NCBI RefSeq assembly: GCF_022539665.2
Contig: NC_081332.1
Span: 3,968,001 to 4,032,000 of the forward strand
Reading direction: 5' to 3'
Length of the DNA stretch: 64,000 nucleotides
From: Daphnia carinata
Taxonomy: Eukaryota
The position numbers and the translations under genes are program-made. The notes below the pieces were generated by a model that was given only the letters and a program-made list of their open reading frames with translations, made no database searches and was not told the origin of the DNA. Below are positions 36,579-50,800 of the stretch, one piece after another (within the stretch, counting starts at the first letter, position 1; each line of letters opens with the position of its first letter).

Positions 36579-39500
36579 CTATTGATATTGGACTCCCAGC
36601 TGCTGAGCCATCTGGAGAAGCACTTTCAAACCAGATATAAACGATCCGATTTCAGTGAAGGGCGTATTGACCACCACCTGGGAGTGTAAACTCAAACTGG
36701 TCGCGTAATCGAACGCCTGAACAGCTTGCACAATCTGGTGTAAGCCTAAGAGGGTAGGGCTCAACAGCTAAAATGATTTTGTCAAAAACAAAGTAAGTTT
36801 CGAACGATTATGCCATTTATGGATTCATTAGTTACCATATTTTTGCGCAAAAGATCATCCAGGCACTCCAGCTTCTTCCCAACATCATCTAGCTTTCTCT
36901 TCAGTTGCTACATTACAAATACAAAACGTTTATGCGAACATAATATGTATAATTCTACAAATTTACTTACCGCATTTGTGGCTAGCGCAGCGCATTTGTT
37001 TTTTAATGTGTGGAATACATCGTGAATAATTTGGTGTTCGTTTGGAATCGGCAGCAAAGCTTGAGCTGGCTGGACAGGAATTGGCTCGGGAGCGTAGCTT
37101 TGGTTTTGAGTGGGTTCCACAGGAGAAGTCATTCCTGGATTGTATAATCCGTCGAACGGCTGAATGATGGGAACAGCCGGTTGTTCAACTATACCCATGG
37201 GGTGATTTATGGTTTCTACAGTTGTTGGCTCAGCTTTCACTTTCGCAAACGAGGTTAGAGGAGGTGGATCATTCCAACCAGGAGGTGCGCTAGTGGCCGG
37301 AAGAAGGGGCACAGATGACATGAGATTAGAAGCCGGTGGAGGAGTTATTGAAGGAGGAGCATCGAATGTTGATGGCTGCATGAACGCGCTTTGTTGCTGT
37401 GGCGCTTGAACGTGGTCCAATGGCGTGTAAAGAGAAGTAGGTTGTTGTACATTATCCATTCCAATGCCATTGGCCAACTGTCCGCTTTGAAGCTGGAATG
37501 ATCCAGGAGAGGGCGGAATAGGCTGATTGAATTGATTTCCAGGAAAATTGCCTTGTTGCGCATATGGTGACGGACTGGTAAACTGACCACTGGGTTGGAA
37601 CATGGCCGAGTTGGATTGCGGTTGCTGTTGCATGTAACCCATTTGGTTAACTTGCTGGAATTGTGAATTTGATGCCGAATTGTAATATCCACCAGGACGA
37701 CCACTTGAAACGCTAGGATCCTGGACGTACACCCTATTGCGTTGATTTAGAGATCCCAAACGCGACACGTTTCCTGTTGTTGGGGGCGGTGCAACTGATG
37801 ATGCAGGTGGTGGTGGTGGCGTGGGCTGATGGAACTGCGGCGAAGGTTGAGCATTCAGAGGCTGCGAGCTCAGAGGCTGATAAAACTGTTGCAACGGCTG
37901 AGCAGCTGGAGGTGGAGCCGGTGTACTCAGCATTGGTGGCATAGAGGGCGCCGCTTGTGGTGAGTTGAAAGTGTTGGTTGGTGGGGCCCAGCTATTGCTT
38001 TGAAATGGAGTTGTAGGTTTCGGAGGATAGGATGGCATTGCAGGCGCTGAACTGAATTGATCCTGATGACCATAGTAACTGTTTGTGGGAGTAGAAGATC
38101 TGTTTAATCCAACTGAAGGGTATCGCTGCGCTGGCCCAGCCTTTTGCTGGTGCGAAGCGAAATTGTAAGCACCGTTGGCCATTCCGGTTGAAACCTTGCG
38201 TTCGTTAGGATTCAATGAACGTTTCAGTCTGTCTTTCAATTCTACCATCGAATCATCCTATTGAAAAACATAAAAATCATTAAGGAACTTGTACTGCGTC
38301 GTCTAAAGTGACATAGAAATTCTCTTGACGTTGCTCGTTACCTGTGACATATCAAGATAAGTAAGAGCAGCTTCCAGGCTGCCCTGTCCGGCCAAGAGCC
38401 CAGCATAACGACATAGTTGCTGGGTAAGATGTCCCGAGTTAACAGCCACCGGCTGACGACCCCAATGCTGCTGAGCCTGACGAAGAACCATAACTTGTTC
38501 TACCATCTCTTGTAGAGATGTGGTTGAATCATCGGCGACTCGCAGCCAGCAGTCGACTACTTTCTCCATGTTGCCAGCACAAATGTAACAAAGAACAGCT
38601 TCGTTTGTGGCACCCATTTCGGCTTCGAGCCTCTGGCCGATCGTTTGGCAGAGGTTTGCGAATTGCGCGTCTTCCGCATAGGTCAGCGTAGCCGCTAAAG
38701 CTTCTTTCCAGTTGCCCATGTCGCAATGTTGAACTATCTTTTCCCAGTCACGGGTAACAACGGCTTGGATTAGACGTGGCACGTCACCCTGCATTAAACG
38801 GAAATAGCGGTCCCTCGTAGCTGTCAGTAATTCGGGTGGTCCAGTCATTGCTAACACAATGGCATCTGCGTATCGTTTGTCGTTGAAGCAAAGCTCCACG
38901 GCTGCAGCAAGGTTCCCAGTTATTAAGGCCTTACTAATCTTGCCGTCTACAGATTGGTCGGTTGGAATTGTGAAGGTTTTCACTTCGGCTGCGATGGAAT
39001 CGAATGTGTCCGACACTCCTAGACCATCGAATGAATCGGCCACACCAACCTCAGAAATACTATGCGGTTCGTAGTTTAATAGATGCAATAGCTGCTGTCG
39101 CGGCGCCGGGCTAAAATTGGCTGCTAGGAAGTTCCAGGCTTCCTTGTGTTCCTCACTAGATTCAATTTTTTTGACGCAAAACTCCGCCAAATTGCCGGTG
39201 CTCAATGCACTTTCTAACTCCTTAGAACGCAGCGTTAGCTCATTTTCGGTAACAACTTGGCTAATATGCACTTGGGGCGTGGCGCTCGGTGCAGATCCGG
39301 CTGCATCCAAGCCAAAAGTGACCAACTTTCCCGCCAAAAGCGAAAGAAGCGCCACAGATGGGGCGGATCCACTTGGGTGCTTTCCTAAGTTGTTCATGGA
39401 TGACAATCTGCTGTTGTGGTGCTTGTAAAGCTGGCGCGGATTCCATTCCAGGAAAAGAATCGGCAATCATATTGACTGGAGGCTGAACAGCTGTTTCTCG

Positions 39501-40715
39501 GCCTCCCATGATCGAGTGAACTCGTACATGGCCGTCAAAACTGGCTGTGGCGATGCAGGAAGGATTTCGTGGACACCATGCCGTGTCGAAACACCATTGG
39601 CTGCTCGTACTCAGCTCACAAAGTAGTTCGCCACGAGGTACTGGACTATTAGGATTCCAAATAAGCACTCTGTTGTCCTTTCCACAGCTTAGCAGTAGAT
39701 CAGGGTCCTGTACATTAAACTGCCTTAGTTATTGCTAATTTGAAATTTATTAAAAATCCAACCTGTGGGCACCAATCCATAGCCAGAATACCCCTCTGAT
39801 GACCCTCAAACGTATTCACAGGAGCTGTCGCTTGTCTCAGATCCCACAATTGAATAACAGGTAATTGATCTTCTTCGGATGCTAGGCAAAGTTGGGTGGC
39901 AACCTTGGGATGCCAAGCAACCGCCTTACAACGCATTCTTGAAGTACTGTCACTAACCTATTAACCACACGATAAGTGTTACTAGAAAAAAAGAACTTAA
40001 ATTTTATTGGATGGGCGTAGCTAACTCACTTTAATAATGGGTTCATTCTTCCTCAAATCCCATACAACACAGCGCGTAGCAAAAGTTGATGCCAAAATAT
40101 GCTGCACTTGTCTATTCCAAGCAAGGCACGTAACATCATCGGGTGGCTGAGAAAGCGTACCAGGAGTCATTGGAGCAGCAGGGCTATTCAAATCCCAGAT
40201 GTAAATTTCTGACTGTGCTGCTCCCGACGCAAGTAAGTTAAGCTGAAACGGATTGAAATCGAGAGCCTTGACGGCTCCACTATGTTTTTTGCTATCCGCT
40301 AACAAGTATCCGCCGGTTTCATCATTTTTGCCCAGCAATAACTTTTCTGCATCAAATAACAGGATGTGACCCTGGTCTGCACCACCAACTATAACACCAC
40401 CGGGGTTTTCACCACTGCTGATTCCCTGTGAACCCCACACAAGCTTGTGAAACCTGAAGACAAGTAACTGCTATAGACTTCAGAACTGTTAACATATTTA
40501 ATATTGGCATACCTTTGTTTGGTGGATATGGATGCTTTTAATCCCATACCCAGACCAGGTTCATTTAGATCCAAAGAATACAGATCTATCTGTGAAGTGG
40601 TGCTGAACGAGGCGTCAAGCTGTTGAGCTGCTGTACCGGTAGCCAGATATATTGGATATTGTGAAGCAGGAGACCATGCTATATTAGCAGTCTGTTCAAC
40701 TTCCTTGACTTTCAT
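36579..40715 (-). CDS. SEC31: COPII coat protein Sec31 (WD40, ACE1, Pro-rich region, C-terminal helical domain), 7 coding exons; apparent 1-nt frameshift near 39330
   Basis: MKVKEVEQTANIAWSP...ATGTAAQQLDASFST; WNRQVQHILAS; WDLRKNEPIIKV; KAPKW...GASFAFGGK/LVTF; WKEALA; PGWNDPP; FISGLKVLLQMAQQLGV. Confidence 0.96.
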
Positions 40716-42615
40716 TTTTTAGCCTAGAACATGTGATAAACCATCAAACATTAAACAACGTGAAGCTACGTTTATCAATAGTTGAGATATTAGAAAATTA
40801 TTTTCAAATAACAATGTGCAAATAACAAAAGAACAGTATTTTAATATTCTTCTTGAATTCACAACTAAGGAAGTGCAATTAGAACTCCAAATTAAAATTG
40901 TAGAGGCACAGATTTACAAGACTGGCACACTCCCTCCTACAACCAGGAAGTCTCATGACATGTAGTAGAAAAGGGACCAAAAAACTGATTTTAATTCTAC
41001 ATAAACTTTTAACAACTCACCTTGTGAGAATAGTGGACAGATGAAAATCTATGATATCAAACTAATTAAAGATTTGATTAATATTGCCGGTTAAGAGAAG
41101 CAGTTTTGTCCGCAATGTTGTCACTTGGCTGACGTGGCCCGACCGTAATCAAGAAAAGTTTCGAGACAACTACTACCACCTAGAGGCGGAATTAAGCATT
41201 ATCGTATGTTCAAATCAGCCATCAGATGGCTCTCGAGTTTGGCGCTAAATTCAATTATGGATTTAGAAAACATAACTGGCCATTCTACTTTTACCCTTTA
41301 ACTTCAAATGATATTCAATAAATCATTTGACAGCACCTGTTATTTTTGGAACTATAATAGAGCTACACTGTATTTTTGCTGGTCACTACCCATTTACTTT
41401 TTTTCACATAATTTAGGACTGCTTCCTTTTGTCTGACAAAGAAAGGGTTACGACTTTTGCAGGAATAACAAAATCACGGACGTGGAAGACAGGTGCTCAC
41501 ACGTGCTCACGTTGAAAATTAAAATTTTTTTGAATCAATGCATACGCATTAAGTTCCCCGTGCGAACACATCAGTATGCTTAACGATGCATCGCAGGTTG
41601 TCACGATTGCTATTTGTCTAGACCTTTGCACGCAAAAATTTACAACCATTTTACTGACGCGGTAGTTATGCAAAAAAAATATTTGTGAAGTCGTAAACAG
41701 TCATGTGGAAAGCTTTCGTTTTTGCCATTTCAATTGTATGATTTGTGTATTCGGACTCTGGAAAGGAAAAAAACTGATGAAAAGATAATTTTGTTGAAAT
41801 TTCAGTAGATGATTTATGGAATGAGATCATAATAAAGGCAAGCTTTTAAAAAGGGGAACTTCTCATTCTGTATAAAGTGAAAACTAAATCTGGTAAAAAG
41901 CCAGTGCATGTCGGAAATTCTCGATGTTGAAGAAATAATTGCACACGATGAAGTTGTGAAAAAAGAGGGAAAGTGGCATGGCTTAAAAAAAATGTTAAAG
42001 AAAGAAAGCCTTATTTAGAATCTTTGAGTTTAAGGTCTGGGTTAGTACGATGGCGTGCAGAAGCTAACAAATCGAAAGTGGTCAAAAATATCGCAACAAG
42101 TGCACGCAGCGTTCACTTTCTATATATACAGTTCCATAGCTGAAAGGCCGATTAATTTTCTTGTACCCAATTTATGGCTCATCGAACAGTCAGCAGGAGG
42201 CGTTTTCCCTTCAATCGACTATAGCTATACCAACGGGGGGTTCTTAAACATAGGGAAAAAAAAATTAGCGAAAAATAAAGCTCTTTCGGTCTTTCGTAAA
42301 AAAACATCCCGGGTTGATTATGTCTTAAAAAAAAACTCAGTGTATTGAACCTTTTGATCACGCGGCTAGCATTCTCCGGCTCTCTCCCTGTCAATTACGG
42401 AAACCCTGGAACACAAAGAAACGCTACATACAGAGACAATTACTTCTATAGGAGAAGAAAGGAACCTCGTGGGTGTTACCCAACTTACGACACTTAACAA
42501 AAACGTAATTTTCTCGAAATGAAATGAAAAGGGAAAGCAATATGAAAAAAAAAGTGGGGGGCTGGTTCGCGTTCGCATGGATATGTACTATATATAATGT
42601 CTGCGGTCGCTACGA

Positions 42616-45600
42616 TCAGCACGACGATGGGCAGTTCGAAGGCGTAATTGGCTTGGGCGTCAAACGTACTTGAACACCGTCTCGTGGTCGCAGTACAAGC
42701 TCTCCAATCAAGACGAGATCTTCACGCTTCTCCAAAGACTCGAGATGAAAGTTTCTGAGAACGGTAGCCAACACAACTTTTTCCTCCATCACGGCGTATT
42801 TTTGGCCTAGAAACGAGAAGGCCAACAAAACAAGTTTGCCTCTTTGTTAACGTGAATTGCAAGCTAACGGTACACCAAAGGACGTACTCAACAAAACAAA
42901 CGCTGACAAAACCATACGCCTTGAAAGCATGACTAGGCGGAGACGTTAAAGACGCTATTCATCTGACGTCTACTAATCTCTATGACCTAATGACAAAAGT
43001 GTTATTACCGATGCAGTTGCGCGGTCCAGCGCTAAATGGCACGTAGGCATACGGGTGTCTGCTACGTTTGTTGTCACCCCAAAAACGGTCTGGGTTGAAA
43101 CACTCCGGATCGGGAAATTGCTGCGGATCTCTGTGAAGTGAGTAAGGAATGACGGCGACGGTCGAACCGGCTGGTACCACGTACCCATCTGTGTCACGAA
43201 ACGAAAAATGAATTAAAAGACCTGGCCGGATAATATGGTAGTAATTTAATGCATAGATCAGATGTGAGACATACGGATGATTGCATCCTCGCTCAACGTG
43301 CGCCCATACATGGCTACGCTAGGGTAGAGTCTCAGTGCTTCTTTGATGCAGCATTCCAGATATTTCAGCTGAAGAATGTCTGCCATCGTGATCGGCCTAT
43401 CTGAGGTACCAAAAACGAGATTGAGCTCTTCGCTGACACGGTCTTGCACCTCCGGATGGCTTCCGATCAAATACAAACACCAACTGACGGCAGCTGCTGT
43501 CGTATCTTGTCCCTAAACAATCGTCAACATAAATGAATTACAAAAAAAGGAAAACAAATATGTATGAATTGATTTTCTAAACAAACCTCAAACATAAAAG
43601 TATCGACTTCTTCCCGGATGTCCAAATCACTCAGAAGCGTTCCGTCCTGCGAGGCTTCAATCAAGAGATCCAAGAATGCCAAACGAGGTTTTTCTACAAG
43701 AGATGAAAGGAAAACATTGAATGCGTAATAGCGTGTCAACAAGTAACATCTCATTTGACGAAATATTTACTTATCAAATCGACATTGTCATCAACGTTTG
43801 ACGGCGATGGCAAGTTTTTGTTTTCTTTCCGGGCCAATTCCTCCGCTTTGCGTATACGATGTTCAGCTTTCCGCTCTTGTAACACCTAAGGGAAAAGTTG
43901 AAAACAAACATACCCATTGACATGTCTGCGTGTTTAGCAAGAACAGCATTTTAGATGAATCCGGGACTAGGCTCTTTTTTTCTTTAATATTAGAATTCTA
44001 TCCCTTATAAGGCGTCTCCTTTGGCGGTCGACAACTTGTAAACATCCTGGTTCGTCGTTCCCCATCTGTTGGAAAATTCCCCTCCAAGAAACCCGTTCCC
44101 TATTTTCGTTGTCTGACACAAAAATAACACGGAACTTGTGTGGCTAAACCAGACTCTATTGTCTATGTCTTCATAGCGAATTATAAGCTACCGTCCTAAC
44201 TGCTAAATGAAAAGGCACGTGGCACAAAAGCTGTTACTTCAAAATCATTACTCACCTTGTCTGTGAAACCGTGAAGAATATCTAGACATTTCTGCTGGGT
44301 TTTGGCCATCGGATGGCATTGGAAAAGCAGTTCCGGCTGCAGCCACGGTTGTGCCTGTCTTGTCTGAACAATCCGTCCAATTCTGTGCAAATCATCGCCG
44401 CAAAAAAAGAAAAGAAAATTTGAACCAAAAATTGAAAGTCTGGGGCTTTGGAAAATGACTCACGTGCAAACCGCTTTAACGTATTCAGAGTCGTTATTCA
44501 GCTGAGCATCGACGTGACGACCCATGGCAGTTTCTGTCCGTTTCAATCAAAATGAAGCAATCAATACCAAACTCACCACTAATCACAGGTGGAAAACAGG
44601 AGGGAAATACGAACCGCAAATGATGTCGAGCGTGCAGCGAGCAACGTAAGGGAACAGGTTGATTCTGTCTCCATTTTTGGCCAGCATATCCTGATGAGCC
44701 TCTCGTAATTTCTGGACCAGCACGACACTCTGCTTATTGAAAATGTCGATGAAATCCTCCAGAATTTTGAAGTGAAATGTCGGCGTCAGCATTTTACGTC
44801 TGCCATGCCATTTGGTGCCGGTGCTCGTGAGTAGTCCCGTGTTCAGCCATGGGTGGAGATATTGATATTCACGGGATTTGTCGATTAATTTGTTACTGCC
44901 CAGCAAAGCCTTTTTCGTACAAAATATAAAATACTATTTAGGTCAAAGAGTCTGTCAGAAAAAGAAAATTTTCAGAATTCGTCATCGCGTTATTTTTTTT
45001 TCCGAGGTCGAAAACAAAAATCCAATTATCTTGCGCATAATTCAATTCAACCAGCTGTGTAATCATTTTGTGTTTAGACTCGGAAGAACGCGCTTTTTTT
45101 TTTCTCCGCTATTTTATAAACAAAAATGATGCCTATTTCCGCGCTGTTGAATTTTAAGGAGAAAAAAACGCAAAGGAATATAAGATTCTGTTGGAGAAAC
45201 GAGGAATCAGCGAAGCGCCACCGCAGACCTAATAGCGATTTTTCTCGTCCTCGCTTTTCTGTTCGGACATCCCGACAATCTTTAATGTTGACACCACTTT
45301 CTTTTCATTCTTTCTTCGTTTAGTGGTCGGTGGGCAGCGCGGAAAAACTATCTGGGAAGCAGTTAATTAGGACGGCCATAAAAAAAAAATGCCGAGCGCT
45401 GAATTTGCGGCAGCAGTTAGGTATTTTACTGCTCTCTTTTCGTAAACCATGCAGTGTTTACTAACACCCTGGAGATGTCTGGAGCGGTAGGGAGCATCAG
45501 ACTGAGAATTGGACTTCTGAAATCAGATGTCGACTGTGAGGGAAAGTGTGACGCTATTCATCCTCAACCATGAATTGCGAATCTAATCGCGTGAAAAGTG

Positions 45601-46836
45601 AAAAACACAAAATTCTAGATGGGACGGGAAAAAAAAAATAATAATAGCAGCTGGTTACATTTTAGTTCGCCACCGAAATAGAAAGTGTCACACGAATGGA
45701 CTTCTTTGTCTTCTTACGTGATGCAATGATATAAACGTACAAGATAATGGTAGGGGGTAAGAAAAAAAAATGGTTTCCTTTAATTCACTCGGTTGTTTGA
45801 ACCGACTGAAAGAGAAGCGCTTCGTTTGTACAAGTAATTTCTCGTTTCACGATTTGAGGCAACTACGAAAGTGAAAGGCCTACAATGTGTACCGTAGGTC
45901 GTGATTCGACGATTCGAGTGGGAAAGGTGGTCAAGCTGTTCGTGCACTTTCTCCTAGTTCATCCTGTTTCATGGATTATGTGTGTGTGTGTGCAACAATA
46001 TGAAAGATGACTACAATCGCTCCGGAGGCATAACTATCATTTTCAAATAGTTCGCCTTTGGTTGCATTTCACGACCGAACGAAAAGAGAAGTTTCTCGTA
46101 TTTACCTCAGTACCCTCAGGTGTGTAAAGAAGAAAAATAGGAAAAGGGCCAAGCCAGAAGCGCAAAATCGGGAAGTGCTGGCGCCATTCGTGTAGGTAGT
46201 CGATGAGAAACTGGAACAGTTCTATGGAATCGCCAGGTGGAAAAAAACATAAGTTAATAGCTAGCCAGAAATGTGAACGTTGATCTCACATCAGAATGAG
46301 CTTAAGAAAACAACTTAATCGGCCAACGAGAATTCGACATTTTTGCTAATGGCAAAATGATAAAAAGGGTAGAGTCAACTATCAATCAAAATATGTCTGC
46401 AAGTTATCGTTGTAATTAAATATGATTATTCATTTTGCCCGTCAGATGTTAACTGTTATCAATGCTACATGAGGCCCGGAAGGACCTTTCAACTCCACAA
46501 TTAATAATAGGTATTAAACAATCGTTCAATTTACGCGGACTAATCATGGATATTTTTATCAATGGTGATCTTAAAAAAACATTTTCAGTCTATCCAAATA
46601 TTCAAATTTTGTATCTTTTTGCTCATAAAATTACCGTCAGGATCTCGCAATAACTCCAATGCATTTCCCAGAAGAGGAAGTGGTGCCGGTGGTCCAGGAA
46701 TGCTGTTGCAATGCTCGACGAAAGCTAAACGCTTTTTGGTGAAAACACAGATGGCCACGATCGTGAAAAATGTCGCCATCCAAACGGTGAACGTTGATGG
46801 CATCCATCGGTCCACTTTGAGATTTTCGTCCAGCAT
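42616..46836 (-). CDS. Cytochrome P450, CYP4 clan, paralogue 1 (divergent)
   Basis: N-terminal TM plus [35 protein letters not shown]-helix EALR; FNPDRF; heme motif [10 protein letters not shown]. Confidence 0.95.
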
Positions 46837-47761
46837 CTTCGAATCATGCAAAGCAGTTGCTCAATCTGCATTTTTTTAAAACACGATGATTTCTAGTATA
46901 CAACAATAGCCACTTGGTAGCACTTTACAGGAGACCGTCACTGGAAATTGGTTTAGGAAACAAGTGAACTTTCTCCAGGAGGGATCTTTTAGGTAAAAAC
47001 AATAAACAAACTCTTCCTTAACAAAATACGATAGCCGAATCGAAAAATACGATAGACAATCCGCTCAAAGCGGATTGTTTTTTTTTGTACCCTAGCAGTT
47101 AAACCCAATGAACTTGCAAAAACCTGTTCGTTTACTTCTCGTTGAACGTTATGAGTTGCACTTAAAAAAAAACTGGTTATGTCTACGTACACTGCAATTT
47201 GCCTTGTCATAATATGACGTTTGGAAACCGGAAAGCATATTCAACGTTTGTTTTTTTTCTTAGAAAAAAAAAGCAAACAAGGAGAGCCAAATTTATCGTT
47301 TACCACAAGTTCCTCCTTAATTAACACGGCAATCATCGAGCATTCAAAAATTTCCTCTAAAATCCCAAATTTTATGTAGCTTCCCGTCTAGTCTATACTT
47401 AAACAAAGGCCCGTGGCCATACCAAATCGGAGACTTGTCTGTTACTTACGGCTATGGTTTTAAACGAAAATCGAAATCATATTGCGCAGCTGTTACACGA
47501 AATTGTTTCAGAAAACGTTACCGGTTGCTACGCTATAGTCCTATCGTTTATTATTGCTGCCCTGGCCAATTGTTTGATGAAACCCATCTTCAAGGTACCT
47601 GACAATAAAGCCTTACCCCTTTTTTTCGTGATTTCTCAAGAGAAAGAAGGAAACGCTTTCCCCAGATTAGTCTTTCGAGAAAAGAAATGAATACCGTTAA
47701 GTCACTTTTTCCTCTTTGTTTTTCACTCGGCTGCAAAGCCTGTTCAAATTGTTGTTGTTAC

Positions 47762-47887
47762 CTGATAATGGAAGGGATCTTTCTTAAGCCAGATGCAACG
47801 CAATGAAGAGTGAGGGATGAAGACACTACGCAAGTTGGTTGATAAAGCGACTGAATGAAAATGGGAGCGATTCGGGGTCTATTTATA
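47762..47887 (-). promoter_or_regulatory. TATA box, Inr and non-coding first exon of CYP4 paralogue 1
   Basis: rc TATAAA at 47887-47882, TCATTCAGT Inr about 30 bp downstream, and donor CAG|GTAAC at ~47761. Confidence 0.5.
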
Positions 47888-50800
47888 CACAGGCCTGGAA
47901 GGAGACTGTGAAGGGGGTAGTGCAAACCGACGATGTCTAGGCGTGCGGAAAGTCATTTTTTGGTTGCTTCTTGTTCTAGATATTCTACGTACCTTTGAAT
48001 AGATAGAGGTGGGGAAAACTGGGAATACTATCAACCCACGTGCTAAATAGCTCCACCTTTTTCGTACACCATCACAGCCGATTTCCTTTTTTCATTTTTT
48101 TCCAGTCGTAGCTCTCGTCTCCTATTCCCATCTTCCCTCTCTCTTTCGTTCGCATGCAGGCCAGTACTCTCCACTTCAATTGAATACTTTTTTTTTCTTC
48201 TTGCAGCAGCCTTTCTCTTCCTAGTGAAAACAAAAGTTCCGTTTCCATCCTATGGCGTCGTGTCTATATGCTCGATTGAACAATGATGGATCAGGAGAGA
48301 TGCTCGATCATCAAAACTTAAACACGGTTACCTTACAAGCGATGGTTGTACCTATGGTGAAATTTCCGTGAAATCACGAGAATCTTCACGTAGATTCACG
48401 TATTTTTTTCGTATTTCTCCGTCTGCGGGTCTGTGGTTGATTATAGTTGCTTTGATCCTTTTCTCTTGTGGCCATTGAATTTGGCTTCAAGGGGTTAGCT
48501 ACAAAAGAATAAATTGATTAAATATGTTGTCTGAGTTCCTGCGTTACTTAATGACACCCACATGTTACAGTGGCTGAGTCTTGGGATAGGTTTGGGTTTC
48601 TAGGATATACAACAACCTCTTCTCCGTGACTCGTCATCGTCATTTGCTCGTGAATAACAATACGGATGCAACAAGGCCTCAACAAGACGAATGCTGGAGG
48701 GAACGCATTTGATAAAAAAGATACAATTGTAGCAAAAGAAAAGCACGTTGCCTTCAGGGTCTCTGTAGGCCTAGTTCTGAACTTGAGGGCTGAATTTTTC
48801 TTTTTAAAAACGGTACGTCGCATATTTGGGCCACAGAAAAAATCCAAATGTGAAAGCTAATAAAAACATTAATCCTGATCATGAAATGACGATCAAAACT
48901 AGAGAAACTACATTCGTCAAAAGGGAACGCACTACAAATAGGGATTCGGAGTACTGTCATTTTTTAAGGTTCACGACTGACATCTGAAGGTTAGATAACT
49001 GACTGGGGCGTTAGTGCTCGTGTCAGTCGACAGGTGAAACTATGAACACCGAGTTGCCATTTGTAAAATGTCGAAATATTTCGCATAGTCGTCATGGATG
49101 AACAGTTAAATTCCATTCTGTCGAATCTTGTAAAAACAAAATTCTTAGAAAGGAGTGGCGAAGTAATGTTGAAATCCAGCTGCATACTTGTGTAATTCTA
49201 TAATTATTTATATCCTTGACGGAAAAGCAAAGATAGACCGGTAGATATACAAGAATAAAGGTTGAATGAAATTTTTAATTCAGCCGAATAGAATGCAAAC
49301 ATTATGTGGCAAGCGTTTCGCCCCACCCTTCCTTTTCTATTTTTTTTTTCTTTTTTTTTTTTAATAAAGAAAAATTATGATTTTGCTTTCACGGGGAAAT
49401 GTTGATTTTTACCAACATCCTTTCCTAACGACACCATTTATTTCTATAAGGTCTGCTATGAAGCAAACGAAAAGTTTTATAAAAACATTAATTGAAACGA
49501 TAAAAAGGGGACATGGACCACCTGCTTTACTTTCCCTCATTCGTTATTATCATGCCGCCTTTGTGAAAATAGTGATGTCGTTCAGCATGTAGTCCCAGCT
49601 TCTTTCTCCCTACACGCTCTCTCTCTTCTTCTTCTGTTTTCCTGGAGAAATACAACTGTTATGGCGGTAGGCTCCTAGTGAACTCGATCCCTTTTTCCAC
49701 ATCAGTAGCCAACTGCCAGAATGGCCTTGTTAATCTACACACACTGTTTCAATCATAATTTCATTTGGAATTTTAAATTGAAACTATGGTGGTATTAACG
49801 GCAACCCGAATAGAAAAAACTCGGGTAAAATGTCCCTACCGTGGAATTATTATTCCACGTTGCAGGGAAGAGCATTCACGTGCGCACTGCGAAAATAAAA
49901 ACAGCTATGATTTGATTAGAATACATTAATAGCCTAACCCCATGCTGACAGTATTTGTTGCGTGACAGTGAAACTAGTTATGCAAACTCTGCAGGTTGTG
50001 CAGTCCGACGAGTAGTTGGTTTAACACGCTGCCATTAAAAACAAGTTATTTGTTGAGCACAAGGAACAATAGGTTAGGCAATCCTTTGCAAAGCTTACAA
50101 ATTTTAACAGGATGTAACAAAAAATAATATTCAAAATAGAAAAAAAAAGAAGTTCCTAACGATTGCAGTCAATGTCGACTCCTTTCACTCATCACGAATT
50201 CAATGGAGCCAGGTAACCGGGAAAAGGAAACAAAACACGAATGATGGAACCACGTAGGCTTTTTTTTTTTTTTACCGTTAGTTGGTTTTTCTCATAGCCT
50301 AGACAATCGGGGTAAGTGGGGAAATTTTTATAAAACGAAAGTAAGTGAAGGCACAACGTCGTGATGTTTCGTGAAAATCCGTTGAATTAGGAAATTCCTT
50401 TCACTCTCCCGGCTCAAATAGTGCATCACTTTAGCACGTAGACCAATTGTACGAATTAAATCAGTGAAAAAGATATAGAAACTACATAAAACCTGATAAA
50501 CGAGACGAATTTTTACAGAAGAGTAACCCTTTGTTAAAAGCAAATAGGATTAAACAGTTTTAGAACAAGTCCACAATTTACCTTTTCGTAATTTCGTAAG
50601 CAGTCCATGCATTGAAATGAATAAAGCTGAAGCATTCGCACGTTTTTTTACTGCGTCAAAGACTTTTCAGGATGTAACTGACCGACAAATGCATGAAGAC
50701 AAAACAATAGGGGTCAAGTAGAGGCAAATTATAGTTCTTTGTACGGTGTAATGCCAGAAAACGGTGCCCTACGTTTCACTGAATACTCAACCGTGTGTGA

